From: Thermofilum pendens Hrk 5 | GTDB taxonomy: Archaea > Thermoproteota > Thermoprotei > Thermofilales > Thermofilaceae | Direction: 5' to 3' | DNA: 32,000 nucleotides | Assembly: GCF_000015225.1 (NCBI RefSeq) | Contig: NC_008698.1 | Span: 1,050,001 to 1,082,000, forward strand | Shown: positions 30,358 to 32,000 of the stretch, one piece after another | Layout: every line of letters starts with the position of its first letter | Numbering within the stretch: the stretch's first letter is position 1 | Notes under the pieces: generated by a model | Databases searched by the model: none | What the model was told of the DNA's origin: nothing | Seen by the model: only the letters and a program-made list of their open reading frames with translations | Translations under genes and position numbers: made by a program

Positions 30358-31791
30358 ATGGTTGGAGAGAAGATGATGGGGTATGAGGGGGTCGAGGGAG
30401 AGGTTAGGGAGGAGACGTGGAGGAGGGCGGCTTTAAGCCTCTACTCGACCGAGGTCGAGGATAAGAGGAAGGGCAGGACACATTACCGCGGCCTGTATCA
30501 CACTGTGAGCGAGGTTGACTGGGACTTCACGCGCTTCTTGGTGAACGGCTACAGCGTTGTGCCGGACGAGGTCTACCCGAGGTTTCACCGCTTCCTCGAC
30601 ATCGACGCGAGGAAGTATCTTTTGCTGAACGACGACAGCAGGCCGAGGGAGGGAAGCGCTGTCGTAGAGCTACGCGATAGGCTACAGTCGATAGTCGACG
30701 CCGGCGCCGATGATCTTAGAGCCGAGAGGCATGGAAAGCACTGGCGCGTATACCCGCCCAGGGAGAACTGGTACGTGAGGGTCGCGAGACCCAACGCGCA
30801 TAGCTGGGCTGTCCGCGTACCGCTGGAGGGCTTCTGGGTCGAATCGGAGTTTCCGGAGGTTCTAGTGAACACTCCTAGGGAGGTTCTCAAGAGCCTGCAG
30901 AGGGGGTGGATCCTTACGGATGTGACACCCCCTCATGGGCGCCGCAGCGACGTGCGTTTCGGCACTACCCAGAGCTGGCAACTTCCCAGTACGCTCGCGG
31001 CTTTTCCAAGCGACGATATCAGGCTCGGCATTAAAGCAGGAGTTCTCGGCAGTACCAGGATGAGCATTGAGTGGGAAGTGAGCATCTACGGTTACACGGA
31101 GGAGCTGGGCTGGGCCTCCACGCTTATCGGCGAGGTTAAACGTGTAGAATACCGCAGGTTGGTCGACGAGTGCAGAAAGCTCAACGGCGACCCAGTGGCT
31201 CTTTTCACTGCCTTCCTGGGAGACGGGCTACGCACATTCTTTCTGAGGATTCGGGTGCTCTTCTTCGGGATTGGCCACGAGATAGTTTACTTGCCGACGG
31301 AGAGCGCTGTCTTTAATGCCCGTTTGGCTGTGGAGAGGGCTAGCGAGTACGTGCGCTTTGTATCGCTGGTAACTAAGTGTCCAAAGATTAAACACTTCTT
31401 ATTCGTCAGCCTCGGATTGCCGCAGAAGAGGGGCAGGAAAAATGGGCGGAGAAACAACCCGTTCTACGCAAACATTGCAGGAGCACAGCTACTCCTAGTC
31501 TACATCTCTACGATGAACCTCGTCTACGCTAGGATCGCGGTTGACGCTGTGCCTCAAGGCTGGTACGAGAAGGCAATCGAGGAAGGCTGGGACGTCCGGG
31601 TAGTTACCTCGGGCACTCCTTCGGGTAGCAAGAAGTACTACGCTGTGCCTCAAGGCTCTCTCTTCGAGCATGCCCGCCACGACGCAGAGCTACGCGCAAC
31701 GCTCCTCGCCTTCACAAGGTACAAGGCCGAGCAGTACCCCAGAGCCTGGGAGCTCGTGAATCGCCTCGAAAAGCTGGGGCGAGAAAACTAA
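30358..31791 (+). CDS. Hypothetical 477-aa protein with no recognisable catalytic motif (possibly a crenarchaeal repeat-family or orphan protein)
   Basis: Long ORF with ordinary codon style. It is preceded by a good SD-like GGGAGGGGTGA ending 4 nt before the ATG. It contains a basic patch QKRGRKNGRRNNP. A faint recollection of PaREP2-type crenarchaeal families cannot be verified here. Confidence 0.65.
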   Translation: MVGEKMMGYEGVEGEVREETWRRAALSLYSTEVEDKRKGRTHYRGLYHTVSEVDWDFTRFLVNGYSVVPDEVYPRFHRFLDIDARKYLLLNDDSRPREGSAVVELRDRLQSIVDAGADDLRAERHGKHWRVYPPRENWYVRVARPNAHSWAVRVPLEGFWVESEFPEVLVNTPREVLKSLQRGWILTDVTPPHGRRSDVRFGTTQSWQLPSTLAAFPSDDIRLGIKAGVLGSTRMSIEWEVSIYGYTEELGWASTLIGEVKRVEYRRLVDECRKLNGDPVALFTAFLGDGLRTFFLRIRVLFFGIGHEIVYLPTESAVFNARLAVERASEYVRFVSLVTKCPKIKHFLFVSLGLPQKRGRKNGRRNNPFYANIAGAQLLLVYISTMNLVYARIAVDAVPQGWYEKAIEEGWDVRVVTSGTPSGSKKYYAVPQGSLFEHARHDAELRATLLAFTRYKAEQYPRAWELVNRLEKLGREN

Positions 31792-31850
31792 GGGTATAGA
31801 CCACCAGGGAAAGGCGCCCGGCCTCCTCCCGTTTTGCGTCGAAGGGTGTG

Positions 31851-32000
31851 CTAGTCCTCGCGCGCGAACTCGTCCTCCTCGGCGCGCTCCTTGATCCTCC
31901 TGGCAACCTTCTCGGGGAGGGACTCGTCTTCAAGCCTCCTGGCGAGCGGCCTTACAAGGGTTAAGCCCTCCTTGTCGCGTATCTGTATCTCCCAGGCCCG
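31851..32000 (-). CDS. Partial CDS (C-terminal 49 codons plus stop; the gene starts beyond the window end), possibly an AbrB/SpoVT-type antitoxin-like protein
   Basis: The minus-strand frame is open from the window edge to TAG (cta at 31851-31853). Translation is RAWEIQIRDKEGLTLVRPLARRLEDESLPEKVARRIKERAEEDEFARED. The ...IQIRDKEGLTLVRP pattern resembles the last strands of a swapped-hairpin AbrB fold, followed by an acidic tail. Not in the supplied track. Confidence 0.35.
   Translation of the reverse strand, partial: RAWEIQIRDKEGLTLVRPLARRLEDESLPEKVARRIKERAEEDEFARED

Noticed and set aside
31190-31230. Possible LAGLIDADG-like motif (ALFTAFLGDGLRT) in the 477-aa protein
   Set aside because: It has only a single weak LGDG match, lacks the first acidic residue, and I could find no second motif or surrounding homing-endonuclease pattern. 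That is not sufficient for a call.

Overview
This is a gene-dense, GC-rich archaeal chromosomal segment. Its style is that of a hyperthermophilic crenarchaeon (Desulfurococcales/Pyrodictiaceae-like). Many genes have a TATA-like box 25-35 nt upstream of the start codon, implying leaderless mRNAs. Terminators are oligo-T tracts, starts are often GTG or TTG, operon genes overlap by 4 nt (ATGA/GTGA), and proteins are rich in Glu/Arg/Leu/Val. I saw no rRNA, tRNA, CRISPR array, transposase or integrase.

Content from left to right:
- Leloir genes galT and galK, divergent around a small 4-TM membrane protein.
- A coiled-coil/RHH protein and an Mth938-like protein.
- A membrane-inserted metallophosphoesterase followed by a 675-aa degenerate P-loop/TPR protein.
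- A CDF cation exporter.
- A secreted coiled-coil protein with 17 N-glycosylation sequons.
- A Tat-exported molybdopterin oxidoreductase operon (PsrABC/TtrABC-like).
- Convergent to it, a glycerol operon: glpK, a short GlpA-type glycerol-3-phosphate (G3P) dehydrogenase, and SdhB/SdhC/SdhD-like subunits.
- A thioredoxin gene.
- An AT-richer ~1.9 kb segment carrying a DUF234-type archaeal ATPase. It is bracketed by a 60-bp direct repeat of the thioredoxin active-site region, and the second copy heads a decayed trx remnant.
- A HEPN/MNT pair.
- A HAD hydrolase.
- An exporter block: LysO-like protein, MFS transporter, and an ABC ATPase with two ABC-2 permeases.
- A minus-strand cluster of flavin reductase, AsnA-like class II aaRS core paralog, and GltS FMN-domain protein.
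- An accessory-looking end with a 76-aa acidic protein, a divergent 477-aa orphan protein, and a truncated AbrB-like ORF.

The candidates I rank highest for something not yet described are:
1. The GlpA-SdhBCD chimeric G3P:quinone oxidoreductase operon.
2. The att-like thioredoxin repeat around the ATPase segment, next to HEPN/MNT.
3. The transmembrane phosphoesterase plus degenerate NTPase/TPR pair.
4. The orphan divergent pair at 30.0-31.8 kb, with its palindromic operator and the twin-hairpin repeat beside it.

All functional calls rest on motif recognition by eye. No database search was run.
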